DNA of 64,000 nt from Raja brachyura (lineage: Eukaryota): the NCBI GenBank assembly GCA_963514005.1, contig OY740784.1, forward strand, positions 17,732,001 through 17,796,000, written 5' to 3'. The position numbers were made by a program, and so were the translations under genes. Positions 38,511 to 50,500 of this stretch are shown piece after piece. Under the pieces are notes generated by a model, which was not told where the DNA came from, ran no database searches, and was given only the letters and a program-made list of their open reading frames with translations. Numbering within the stretch: position 1 is the first letter of the stretch; the number at the start of each line of letters is the position of its first letter.

Positions 38511-39957
38511 AACACATATATCATCTTGTTTTTGTTTGTCAATAGATTACTCTAGCTTTATGCTTTCCTTCAATAGTTTTTTGATCCACCATTGCTAAAT
38601 TTAAGATTTTTTCAAAGCTTATACTTTTTTCAACAATAGTATGAGCCTTTCCTTTGTTCCATTACGATCTTAAACTTACCTTGATAGCCACAGCCAGACT
38701 ATTTATTGCGTGTTTAAAGGGAGGTATATTAGTTGCAAACTTTGTATTAAATCTTTCAAACGTTAGCCACTATTGCTACACCATTGAGTTTATTGGAGCA
38801 TCAAATATGTTTGATTAGCATTTATAATATGTTAAGTAACAAATATAATATTTGCAGGTCGTAGGTGCACAATTAATGTTACTTATCACCACCAAAGAAT
38901 AGTAAGACCCCAAGACTGCCACTTGGTAATACTTAAGACATGGTTTACCAATAATTTTTCTGGGGAATGATACGAGAATGGCAGAAGAGGAAAGAAAATA
39001 ACTTTTATTTCCGATTGGTAGAAAGTATTCCAGGTTAAGATTTTGATATGTTTGTTTATTATCTAATCTGAATAAATGAGAGTTTTTTTAATATGACTCT
39101 GATGAAATAGATGGAACAGTACCAATCCAATTTCCAGTCAGTACAGGGTAGCATCAGAAACTGCCAATGGTTTGACACATAATCACACATTCTATAGTTA
39201 TAGGATGATTGTCGAAACAAAACTTTCAAAAATAAAATGTTGTGTGATATTAGCAAAAATGTTAAGCCAAATTTATAAACATTTTTTTTAAGCTTTACCA
39301 TATTTCACCCATATTTGGGTGTCGAGTTGGAGTATTTGATATTGGTTGGTGATTGGTTTAGGGATGGTGTATTTTGCAAAGTATAGATCTGTGAGACCAG
39401 ATAATATTTTAACCCTTGGCATTGAAATATTTTGGTTAGTTGTATGCAAAGTTACTAAATGCTACATTTTCTCTGTTCTCAATACTACACATCTCAGCCT
39501 TAATTATTTCTTAAAAACAAGTTGTGTAATCACATTTGTTGATGTTGAGGACATTGTTTAACCCTTATTGTGCTGTTTCCAAATTACCTATAGGTCATTT
39601 TGCCAGGATATCTACAGTTCTTAACATTATTTCTCTTTGAATAATCTCAGTTTTTGTTAACAGGAACTTCAATCCGAGAGATCATCTTGATAAACAGCCG
39701 CAGCAAAGACGATAACTTGTTCCTGCAGCATTTGAGCAATACTCTGATCACTGATCTTTTCACAGTGTTTAGATTTCTGCATTAAATAGTCTGTTTATAG
39801 AAATATCTTAACTGTTAAATGTGATCAATTCAAGTTTGGGATTGCAATTCAGATCCTGAGATAGATTTCCTCATTTACAAATCAACAGAAATAATCGTTT
39901 TGGCAGAGAGAATATTGTCTTTGGAGAAATTAATGTCACAATGGAACCTACCAAATT

Positions 39958-40275
39958 CAGTTTAGTTTAATTTAGAGATACAGCTTAGAAACAGGCTCTT
40001 CCGCCCACTGAGTCCGTGCTGACCAGCGATCCCCGCACATTAACGCTATCCTACACACACTAGGGACAATTTACGCATACACCAAGCCAATTAACATACA
40101 TACCTGTACATCTTTGGAGTATGGGAGGAAACCGAAGAACTTGGAGAAAACCCACACTGTCACGGGGAGAATGTAAAGTCCCATATATACACCAGTAGGC
40201 GGGATCAAACCCGAGTCTCTGGCACTGCAAGCACTGTAAGGCAGCAACTCTACCGCTGCGCCACCTTGCCACCCC
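39958..40275 (-). mobile_element. HE1-like tRNA-derived V-SINE, full length
   Basis: Minus strand has A box TGGCGCAGCGG, B box GGTTTGATCCC, central domain, CR1-like 3' end and (CTAAA)-like tail. Confidence 0.88.
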
Positions 40276-40585
40276 TTTTTCATTTTTCATAATCTATAAA
40301 TGGGAGGTAGACCGCTTTCTGCCATAGGCTAATTTTTGGCCAGTAGAGGAAAGTCATCAGTTGGAGTAGAGTATGAGCTGCTCGCACGCAGTCCCCTGCA
40401 TTGTGTGGTTTCCTGTGAATAGATTGACAATTAGGGAAAACACAAATCACTTTAATCTTGCTTATAAATAATATTAAATATTCAAATTCTTCAGGTATTT
40501 TTAATTTACACTGTCCTTTTATTTGTACCTCCTGTTTCTTTTGTTTTCCCACATTTCCTTATTACTTAGAATGAGGACACACATA

Positions 40586-40690
40586 ATAATAATAATAATA
40601 ATAATAATAATTAGAAAATATATTTATAGGGCACCTTTCAGGACTCTCAAGGACACCTTACAATTAAAACAAGCATGAAACAAAAATAAC
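40586..40690 (-). mobile_element. (AAT)n microsatellite that is the tail of an L2-like 3' end
   Basis: (AAT)8 followed by tttatagggcacctttca...ctcaaggacaccttacaa. Confidence 0.55.
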
Positions 40691-43600
40691 ATATACAGCA
40701 ACAATACACAATCCCATGCAGTGATGTCAGCAATCCCATTCCTCCACTTTCTCACTTATGTGTATTAACATCTTCCTCATCCAGCCCTGCTTTGGAATGT
40801 GGGAGGAAACCAGTTTATCAAGGGTGAACCTAAATTTTGTTTTTCTTTCAAAATTTCAAGTAATAAATATATACAATACAGGAACCATGCAAAAAAAGTA
40901 ATCTGACATTCTCAGAGGTTATACAAACATTCAATACTGTTTGCACACATTACCCAAATTTCACAAAATTCTCCCCCACCCTTGCCACTCATGTGGCCCA
41001 CTGGCATGGAATCCCCTCCCTTATTTTTGAGGGGCGTCTCCACCACACTCTGCCCCCCCCCCCCCCCCATGTCCAGCAGCGGAAGGACCCTAGACTGTGG
41101 TCCTCACCCACAGAGCCTTGCCGTCGCATACAAATTCCACACAGATTGCACCGGGGGTTGGATTTTGAGCCTGTGTCACTGGAGCTGTGAGACAGCTGTA
41201 ACATTTGCAGCACACTGAGTAGATAAAAGGAAGTCTAACCTGCAGGACCTCTCAATTGGATTAATTGCAGGTCATCGGCTGATCCAACAAGAAGCATAGT
41301 TTCGGAAGAATAGGTAGGAAGGAACTGCAGATGTTGGTTTAAACCAAAGATAGACACAAAAAGTAACTCAGTGGGTCTGAATGTCTTTCATGACCTGACT
41401 GACTAGCAAACAGATGTAAAGGGAAAACTAGGTTTTTAACAGTCTTCTAATATTTATAAAAATTATAAGGGTCATAATGTGAGACCCTTGCTTGAGCTGT
41501 GCTTTCTGGATTTAATTGTCTTGAAACAAATGTGGACGTCAGGTTTCCAATAAAGAGCAGGTTTAATGAACCCATTAGCTCTATAACCAGTCGTAATTCA
41601 ACAGATGTTATTAGCTTGGCAACAGAGAAAGTAGTTTGTCAACAAAGCAACTGACCTTCCTATCAATGGCATACAACCACATTGCTGGATATAGAGTAGA
41701 ACAACCCATTCTCTAATACATTCTTTCCGAATGCATTCTTCTTGGTATGCATATAATTGAACTCCAAAATGAATTCAAGTTCTGTGCCTTATTTGAGAAG
41801 CTCTGTTAAAGACTTAACCTCGGGGTAAAGATCAAATAATTCATAATTTGTGCTGCAGTAAAGCAGAAGTTTGTAACAAATGTTATGAGATCCATTCATT
41901 AAAAGTATTTTTCACGTAGCATTTAAAATGTTTTGAAAATTACCGAAAGTCTTATTTTGCAGTATTGTCAGCCTGATATGTTACTATTTCTATTATAGTG
42001 TCTAAAAGGCAACAGGTTTGGACAACATAATAAGAATGGTAACATATGAATATATAGGAAATATAGTAATATATAATGAAAACAAAGCTTTAGGTATTTT
42101 CTTTATGTTAAGATATGGTAATTAATGTCCATTGTCCAGTTGTCTCATGCCTTGTTGATTGATTTGGCAAGAATCTTGATCATAGCTCCATGTCCATGCT
42201 CACTGCAGTTGGTTATTGGGAGTGGTCCACATGAAGCCTGGAGTAAATCTGGCTACAAATCCTATTCAGACAAGTGCTGGTTCTCTTTGCTTGGTCTCAC
42301 CTGCAATGGCAAACCAAGAATCAGACTAGACTCCTGCTTCTAGCACCATTGTGTCCTCCTTTGTGGAGGAGAGTTATAAATATCAAGGGTGATTTCAGCA
42401 TTCCTATCATTAATTCTAAATTAAATAAGCCAAACAATTTGAACAGTTAAGGAAGATTTAGAATTGGGTGTGATTATTTGACCCAAATGACTTTGAAAAA
42501 TCTTCTTTGTAGGTATTTTGTGTTATCTTGTTCTTCAGCTAAAATGCCGTTTCAGAAGTAGTCTTGTTTTGCTCGATTGGTCTTTCTACAAAAAGGTTGA
42601 ATTTGATTCTTATGAATAGTCAATTGCTTCTTTGAACTATTTATAATTCCTAAATTGGTACTACAATACAAATTGATGGATTTCTATCCTGTGTATTGAA
42701 TTTTTTTATTTTTTAATTGCATGCTACTTTAACCATTTTAGCTTGGCCACTTTGTGGTAGATGGGTGGCACATGAGTTTGAAATGTATCCGCTTATCCAT
42801 AACTGAGCATAGATTTGTTTAATTCCTGGACATGATTTAAATTCAATTGCCATTGACTTTGCACCAATTTCTAGTCAGAAGCAAGGGCATTCCTTGCAGC
42901 TCTGAGAACATCTGCTGATACGAGGTGCTTGCTAGGATTGGTTTCCATCCCGCAAATCCTATCAATTTAGTGGTGCTTGAAGAGTGAGTAACTGGGACTC
43001 TGTTAGCGTCCCACCACTCTATTCCACTGGATAGATGGGACTAAAATCTACCCTATGTTAGTGATAATGTCTTATTAAAAAAAGGAATGGGGTAATTTTT
43101 AATGAAAACTTAAATAGCAATTGCTGATCATTGTAATTTTATTTGCACTTTAGCCGAAACATTATTCTTAAGGCAAATTGTCAGGGTTCACATAGTTTGA
43201 AATTATTTGTCATAAAGCATCTGATTTTTGAAGTGAATATAAAGTGTTCCACATTTCATATTTTCAAGCAATTTGGCAAAATTCCCCATTCTTCCTTGCA
43301 TGGGTTTCCCATTCCTCTCTGTGGACCTCATAATTCCAAGTGGGTTTCTATTAAGATGCTGGGCTTGGGTACGTGCATCGGCTTACAAATAGGAGCAGCA
43401 AGAAAGCACACACCATTGACTTGACACAAAAGCACGAAGGAGAAAATCTAAACATTTGAAAATTCGAATGGCATTGAATAGGTCAAGTGCTGGCAACAAA
43501 ACGCAATTAATTGGGAGCAAGGAGTAAATAAAGTTAAAGAGAGAATAGTAGCAACTAAAAAATAACTAGATGGCTGGATTAAGTAAAAACAAAGTAAGTG

Positions 43601-43935
43601 AGAATTGAAGACATCAAATGGGAAAACTTTGTTGTAATGGGTCCAGTGAGTGCATATGGTTTGTGTGTGTGTGTGGGGGGGAGGGCAATAAAAAGGGAAA
43701 ACAACATGTGAAAATTCAAAATTGTATTTCTACACAATTGTTGTGGGAATTGGTGCAAATTGGCTTTTCCAAATTCTGATTTCATGTTTCTGGTTAGCTC
43801 AAGCATAGACGCTTTGGAAGAAAAAATGTTATGGGATGCAATAACTAATTTATTTTCTTTTTTTTTTTGTCTTAATGTTCCTGCTCTTTTGTGTTGCCCC
43901 TGCATCTTCTGGGATTTTCTGTTTTCCCCCCATAG

Positions 43936-44502
43936 ACTACCTATGATGAAACAAATTCATTTTGCTCATCCTCTTATCCTTTGCCTTTGCATTGTGACTC
44001 TCCTGCATCATCAATGGACATTCATAGGAGATGTAAAGAGAATGTTTCAAAATCAGCTGATAATGGGATGAACGAAGACCCCCTAAGTATTTGCCAATCA
44101 CAGGTTGACCATGATCCTTCAATGTCAATTGATAAGAAAGCAATGGGTCTAAAAATAGACCAGGATCTGGCATCTAGAAAAGATGGAACCTTCTTTTCAT
44201 TCTCCATGCATCTCCCAGCAACATTTTCTTTGTTAGATGATGATGGCTACATATCCTTCCCGAGCTTCTCCGAGGCCAATTTCTTACCTGAAAGTTTTCA
44301 GTGTTACCTCCCTATTCAATCACCATCACTTGTCCCCTGCTTCCTTTTCATTTTCTTCTTCCTGCTTTCAACCTCTTTCTCTGTACCGTATGCTCTCACT
44401 CTCTCATTCCCCCTTGCTATGTGTCTCTGTTATCTGGAGCCCAGGGCAGCCTCCTTGAGTGCCTCTGTTGACAATGACCTGAGTGACAGTTCAGAGGATG
44501 AG
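43936..44502 (+). CDS. EPB41L3: 4.1B large alternative U2 exon with hydrophobic segment (…LLDDDGYISFP…SPSLVPCFLFIFFFLLS…DNDLSDSSEDE)
   Basis: cccccatag| ... |gtgtgt, 567 nt, phase 0-0, in frame with ORF 43981-44520; closely matches the human 4.1B LLDDDGYLSFP/LVPCFLFIFFFLLS segment as recalled. Confidence 0.92.
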
Positions 44503-47500
44503 GTGTGTACCTCAGCCTGAACACAATTCTCTGTGTTCAGTGCTTGAGTGTCCTGCACAATATACTGTCCTGCAAAAGTATTATTTTCAGAACCTCATTG
44601 CTGCCTTTGATTATTTTAAAAGTTGTGTTTCAAAGAGACATGACTAACTTGACGCATCAGATTAGACAAAAAGTTTTTGTATTCTTGGGGAGAAAGGTTC
44701 TGGAAAGCAGGTCCCGTTTTTAATGGTGGAAAACATGAAGTAATTGGCCTGTGGTACATACTTTGTATTCTTATAGATGTAAATTCCTAAATTGAATGTA
44801 GTCATTCAAAAGAGCCATGCTGACATTTCCCTAGGAGTTGGAGCCAGTTGATAGTCAATTAATTTAAATTCTCTAGTGTGAGACGACAGTCACAACCTCA
44901 TTAGTGTTACAGTAGATCATTTGTTCCTAAATGAACATTGTGTTCATTTGGTTCAGTCAATGGCTGAGTATGATTAGAAATACCAGACATGAAGGGCTTG
45001 ACTATTCACCTTTTAAAAAAAAAGACCAAAATGCCTCATTTTACATTTGCCATGATTTATTAATATTTGTTGATAATATGATGGCATGTTTAAGTTCATG
45101 AACTATCTTATTGAAAGTTGCTTTGCGTATTTAGTCCAGGAATTGACTGCATGAAATACTGTAAGTATGACCTTATTCAGTTTCCTGTTTTCATCCAAAA
45201 GGAAACAAAAGAAATACCTTTGATAAATAATTATAGTTTCTGCTTTACAAGTGGACCTATAAAGTTTTGGATCGAGAATATTGCATATACAGGCTCTAAA
45301 AATGATTCAAGGCATAGATTAGGTTAATGACTGCACTGCTGGTTCCGAATGAAAACTTGGTGTCTAATCTCAAATCATCCAGTATTGCTGATAGTGAAGT
45401 GTATATGTTTATATTAATGTGCATGCTCTGTGTTTTTCTTGGAAGTTATGTAGGAAATTTAATCTAGTGGTCATTGTTTGGTCCAGATTGCATGTACGGA
45501 CTGTTCAATGAATAAGGGTCTGTTTGCATCATAACCTTGTTTATCTGTACATTTAGGAGGATGTCAGAATTGTAAAATAGTTTAAAGTCCTTCTCTTACA
45601 CTATGTTGCACTTACCATCTCAAGAGCAGAGCTTAATTTTCATACTTAATTCACTTCAGACTTTTGTATTGTGGGATTCTTCAGCTATCTATATCATAGT
45701 ACGCTGAAGAAAGTTTGGTTAATTTAATTGGGTAAATGTATTATACACTGAAAACCTTCAGTGTGATGCTGTTGACGTATTTTAAAGAGTCTTCCTTTTT
45801 TTAAACAACTGGCTATAAAATGAGATGGGTATTATTCAGTTGATCTTGAACATTGTATTAACCTATAAAATGAAATACTAATGTCCTGTTGTTATTAGCC
45901 TGACCATCCCTCTTTTGCAAGTTTACACACCAATGTATCTTCAGCATGTATTGTTAATAGCTAAATGTGCTTGGATAAAGAAAACACAATTTTCCGTTGC
46001 TTCACAAGTGACCTTTCATTTTTCTCAAAAAAATAGGAAAATAATATTTTGTTATTATGATTTTTTTTAATTTGAGAAGGCTAGCTTTTCAATACTTCAA
46101 CGATCTTGTTTCCATTATGTGAAGTATTGCGATGTCATGAAGTAAAAGAATAAAATGTAGTTCTTTTTTTTAAAAAGTACACTCTTTTAGTTATTAATTG
46201 TTAGCCAATGAAAAATCAATGTTGAAGGTACCAGTTTTTATTTTCTTCTAATAGATATGTAACAAAGTACCCTGACAGTAAGATTGTCCAAATCTCATAC
46301 AGTTTAATTCCAGCTTGAGCTGCTGGACTTTTTGACCTGTTACAAATCATTCATTTTATAGAAATGTTGCAAGCAGACCTGTGTATGATTACTGTATATT
46401 TTAAAGAAAGTAATTCTACAAATGAGGGCCTGAAAGTTGGGCTACTCTGGCTGATTGTAAATAGTTGTTGAGTAAGCTTTGCTTCTGGTGTAAATGAGCT
46501 GCACATTATTATCAGAAATAGTTAGTTACAAAATTGTAATATACTGAGATTATACCATGCAAATCAATTATGTATCTCAAAAGAGCTATGTAAGCATTTT
46601 GAAGAAACTGTGCATTATTCTGATTTGAAATTGGGATAATGATCTAATTTTGAGTGGCTATATCCCAAGGTCACCTTATGTCCATTCAGCATCTTAGTTT
46701 TCACTGGTGACCATATTCAAGACTCATTTAACCATTTGTGAGCAGATGCCAGGGTCCTATCACATGATTGTAAGGACCCCTCTTGGAAAGTATTCATTAC
46801 TAAAAGGAACATTTGCTGGGTTTATACTTATTACAACTGCTTATCAATTTGTCATTAAAAGGACTGCTAGAAGGTTAGCGATATAAAAATCAATTATTTT
46901 AAAAGCTGCGTTAGGGCTAGAGTGCACTAAATGATCCCATGGCATTTCTGCGAGCCAGTGCTGACGTGTGCTTTCACTTCTCAAGACTGGCAACCCTCAA
47001 GACTGCCGCATTGCAGCTGCTCAGAATTGGTGGGGTGTTAGTCAGTGAATGTTTTCTGGATGCCCAATTTCTACTCATTACTCTTTTCCTCAAGTAAAAT
47101 ATTGTGCATATTTTTATCTCTGTAATCACAGGATTTGTGAGTGTGTGAAATTGCATCTCTATTTGGTGCATTGGAGTATATTTAGCCGTCGCTTTCATGA
47201 TCACTTGTTGACACTTTGTCATTAGTTTGAGATACACCATTGATTATTTAGCTCTGCGTGCTTAGCCCACACATTATTTATTCAAGTTATTTCTATTAAC
47301 CATCTGCTTTACTTTGGAAAGGGATTCTCACTGCTTGTTATTTTCCCCATTGATTGGAATGAATTAAAATGTGATTCCCTTGGACTGGTATTTCCAAATT
47401 TGTTGGTGAAAGTTACTTGTTAATATTTGCCTTCCTCCAAAAATTAAATTTTTAGATCTATTAAAGAACAACTGAAATACCATTTTGATGAGGGCTTTAA

Positions 47501-47762
47501 AAATTGTGAGTTTCTTTTTAAAAAGATATTCAATCTTGTAACTTGCTATTGCACTTCCCATTTTGCCTTCAGCCTTCCCCTAATCCAGTTCCATTCATTT
47601 TATTTGTTTGTGCTTCTAATGAGCCTCTTTTATTTTTGTTACTGAAGCAAAGGCACAATGAGTAGTACATCTTGCTTCAATAAGCTTAAATGTTCTGACA
47701 AGGCTGATGTATTTTTATTCCTGCTTTCCTGCTGGACATCTTGGGATGTTGCTGACAAATAG

Positions 47763-47819
47763 ACTGACAGTGAGCAGACTGACACTACTGGTCCTGCTGA
47801 TGGGGAAACCACCGCAGAG
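47763..47819 (+). CDS. EPB41L3: 4.1B small exon (TDSEQTDTTGPADGETTAE)
   Basis: aaatag| ... |gtttgt, 57 nt, phase 0-0; resembles mammalian TDSERTDTAADGETTATE. Confidence 0.9.
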
Positions 47820-48173
47820 GTTTGTACATTCCACAGGCCGACACTTCCCATGGAAATTGTCCTTGTGATCTCACTCGTTTGCCTGAGAGTTTAAAGAGTG
47901 CAGCTGTTAATTTGACATTAATGTAGCCACAATGTGGTTTGCAGATTAGAGTGAAGGAGTGCCAACTACAAAATAACAAAGTGCTTATTCTAAGTTAAAG
48001 TAAGAATTAGCTGGCAAGAACAGTAGGCCAGAATGGTTCAAAAAGACACTGTAGAAATATGGTGCATGAAAATTCGATCTGTGGCATTTCCAGGAAGCCC
48101 AATTCTACAATTGATTCAAGAGCCTCTGTGTTTGCTCTTATTTCTTCATTTATTCATTCAGTGTGCCTCCTTA

Positions 48174-48683
48174 AGACAATAGACAATAGGTGTAGGTGTA
48201 GGCCATTTGGCCCTTCGAGCCAGCACCACCATTCAATGTGATCATGGCTGATCATCCCCAATCAGTACCCCGTTCCTGCCTTCTCCCCATTTCCCTGACT
48301 CAGCTATTTTTAAGAGCCCTATCTAGCTCTCTCTTGAAAGCATCCAGAGAACCTGCCTCCACCACCCTCTGAGGCAGAGAATTCCACAGACTCACCACTC
48401 TCTGTGAGAAAAAGTGTTTCCTCGTCTCCGTTCTAAATGGCTTACTCCTTATTCTTAAACTGTGGCCCCTGGTTCTGGACTCCCCCAACATCGGGAACAT
48501 GTTTCCTGCCTTTAGTGTGCCCAAGCCCTTAACAATCTTATATGTTTCAATAAGATTCTCCTCTCATCCTTCTAAACTCCAGAGTGTACAAGCCCAGCTG
48601 CTCCATTCTCTCAGCATATGACAGTCCCGCCATCCCGGGAATTAACCTTGTAAACCTACGCTGCACTCCCCCAATAGCAAGAA
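48174..48683 (-). mobile_element. CR1/HER1-type LINE 3' fragment
   Basis: Near-identical to the 8996-9750 copy (RSKPFRTETRKHFFSQRVV); (CTATTGT)n tail. Confidence 0.93.
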
Positions 48684-50045
48684 TTGAGTAGGTCTAATAT
48701 GACTAATTTGAAAATGCAGCAGTGCACAGTCTTTAATGGCTGATCAAATGTTCCCAAGATGAGGATACGGCCCATGCAGGGTTATTTTCCTGCAGAATTG
48801 ACCTTGTGCAACTTGTCCTTTGGTGCCCTTCCATGTTTGCATGCAAAGACTTGATTAGCGAGCTGATATCAAAACTCATTTTGTGATATATCATGGACAT
48901 GAGTGCTTTTTACTACACTGTGGGGATAATGGATCCTGCATTACCATGCTTCTACTTTCTGCTGGTTTTGTAAACGAACTGTAACAGTTCTAGAACAATG
49001 GTAATACAAGCTGTGAAAAATTGCTGCTCAGTCCTCTTGGTATGTAACAAAATAGTGCTTCTATCCTGCTAATTTCCTGCCGTCATCTCATCTTTTATTT
49101 CCCTATTTGAGATTTACATGTCTCATTGTTCTACTGTGTTAGCCAGTGGTCTATTCCTTGGGTAATCTGAGAATATATAAATCATTGCCTAGTGGATTTC
49201 ACATTTTTGAAACTGGAAGGTGAGTGATTGCTGGAGACATGGAGTTACAGCTCTAACCATGATTTTATTTTTGTCCTCAAATGGTTCACTTAAACTTAAT
49301 TCACATTTCACATAGTCACTCAATGTTACTCGTACTTAAGGAATTGTATTTTGCTTTGTTTAAATGATGTGTTCAGCTGAAATGTTTTCACCTGTACCAC
49401 TTTGTGGTTTCACCAATTACTCAGCACCCTTGCTGAATACAGTATTCACTAAAATGGGAAAAAGTAAGTTTACATTTTATCTATCTTAGTGGTGACAGCA
49501 ATTGAGAACATGCATGGAACTAATAAGAATTTGTATAGTTACAACATTTTTAGGTTTATCTCTATTTAAATAATGTATTAATAGTGTCCCTGAGCTCATA
49601 CTGTACATATATATATGTACATGTAATGCAAATTGTGTGAACAGTGTTAGTTGTAAGAATTTGGACTGTGACTGAATATTTTATGTTGGTTTGTATTCTC
49701 TTCTTTAAGGAGGAACTGTTGACTCTGTAGATGGTAGATTATACTCCACAACTGTTTTTAAGGTGGCAAGTCTCTTGGCTTTTGTTTTCCATTGGTTATT
49801 TTCAAGTTTTCAAATATTGTCATCTATCACCATCAGGGGTCATATCAACCAGACAATTTGATCATGTTCACCGATTTCTTAACCTTGCCATTCATACTTT
49901 ATATAATTTCACATCCTTTCAAAATAATTCCAAACTATGTTTGGTTAAATTGGTAAGGATTTTCTGACACCATAAATTTGAATGTTGACATATGTGATTA
50001 AATGTTGTTAAAGCTATGATTTTAAATCCTCCTTCATGCTATCAG

Positions 50046-50081
50046 TCTGATCAAGAGGATGAAATGGAATCCAAGACCCAG
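50046..50081 (+). CDS. EPB41L3: 4.1B 36-nt small exon (SDQEDEMESKTQ)
   Basis: atcag| ... |gtacaa, phase 0-0; resembles mammalian SDQEEDAELKAQ. Confidence 0.87.
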
Positions 50082-50319
50082 GTACAAGAAAGTCCTTTTT
50101 ATGTCAATGACTAGATTTTAGTGTGGTCTATCAAATAAATTATTATTTCCTACTCCCTTTCCATTTCTGTTGTAAACGTATGTTTTCCTGAGCTTAGCTT
50201 AAGAATTAGAACTTGTTCGATATAAATAGCGTTTCCTCCTTTGCCAGCATTTCATTCCAAATACCTACCTTTGTAATTCTTCCACAATTATGTCCATTTT
50301 ATTTTTGCTTTTTTTGCAG

Positions 50320-50385
50320 AATAGTCTTGTAGAACGAATCAAAGGTGAAAATGTATATGTCAAACATAGTAATCTTATGTTAGAG
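50320..50385 (+). CDS. EPB41L3: Spectrin-actin-binding cassette exon, paralog of 4.1R exon 16 (NSLVERIKGENVYVKHSNLMLE)
   Basis: tttttgcag| ... GAG|gtttgt, 66 nt, phase 0-0; GENxYxxHSNLMLE motif. Confidence 0.93.
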
Positions 50386-50494
50386 GTTTGTATGTATTTA
50401 TGCTGCACATTACTATTTATTTGTGCACTCTGGTGGTTCAACATAGCTAGCGATTAGATGATCTGTCATTTAACAAGGATTGCTGTGAGTTTAA

Positions 50495-50500
50495 TGCATG
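50495..50500 (+). promoter_or_regulatory. Rbfox (UGCAUG) site downstream of the SAB cassette exon
   Basis: TGCATG 110 nt after the weak GAG|gtttgt donor, as described for 4.1R exon 16. Confidence 0.55.

Noticed and set aside
40190-40275. tRNA gene (also 52558-52630)
   Set aside because: A/B boxes belong to tRNA-derived SINE heads and continue into the SINE body; no cloverleaf is evident.
40840-41125. Possible minus-strand L1/Tx1-like 3' fragment
   Set aside because: Looks repeat-like, but I could not fix its boundaries, TSD or family with enough confidence to list it.
47658-47762. ATG-initiated 34-codon ORF in frame with the 57-nt exon (alternative N-terminus)
   Set aside because: It ends in TAG, which is the splice acceptor itself; nearby upstream AGs are not in phase 0 for this frame. 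Most likely chance.
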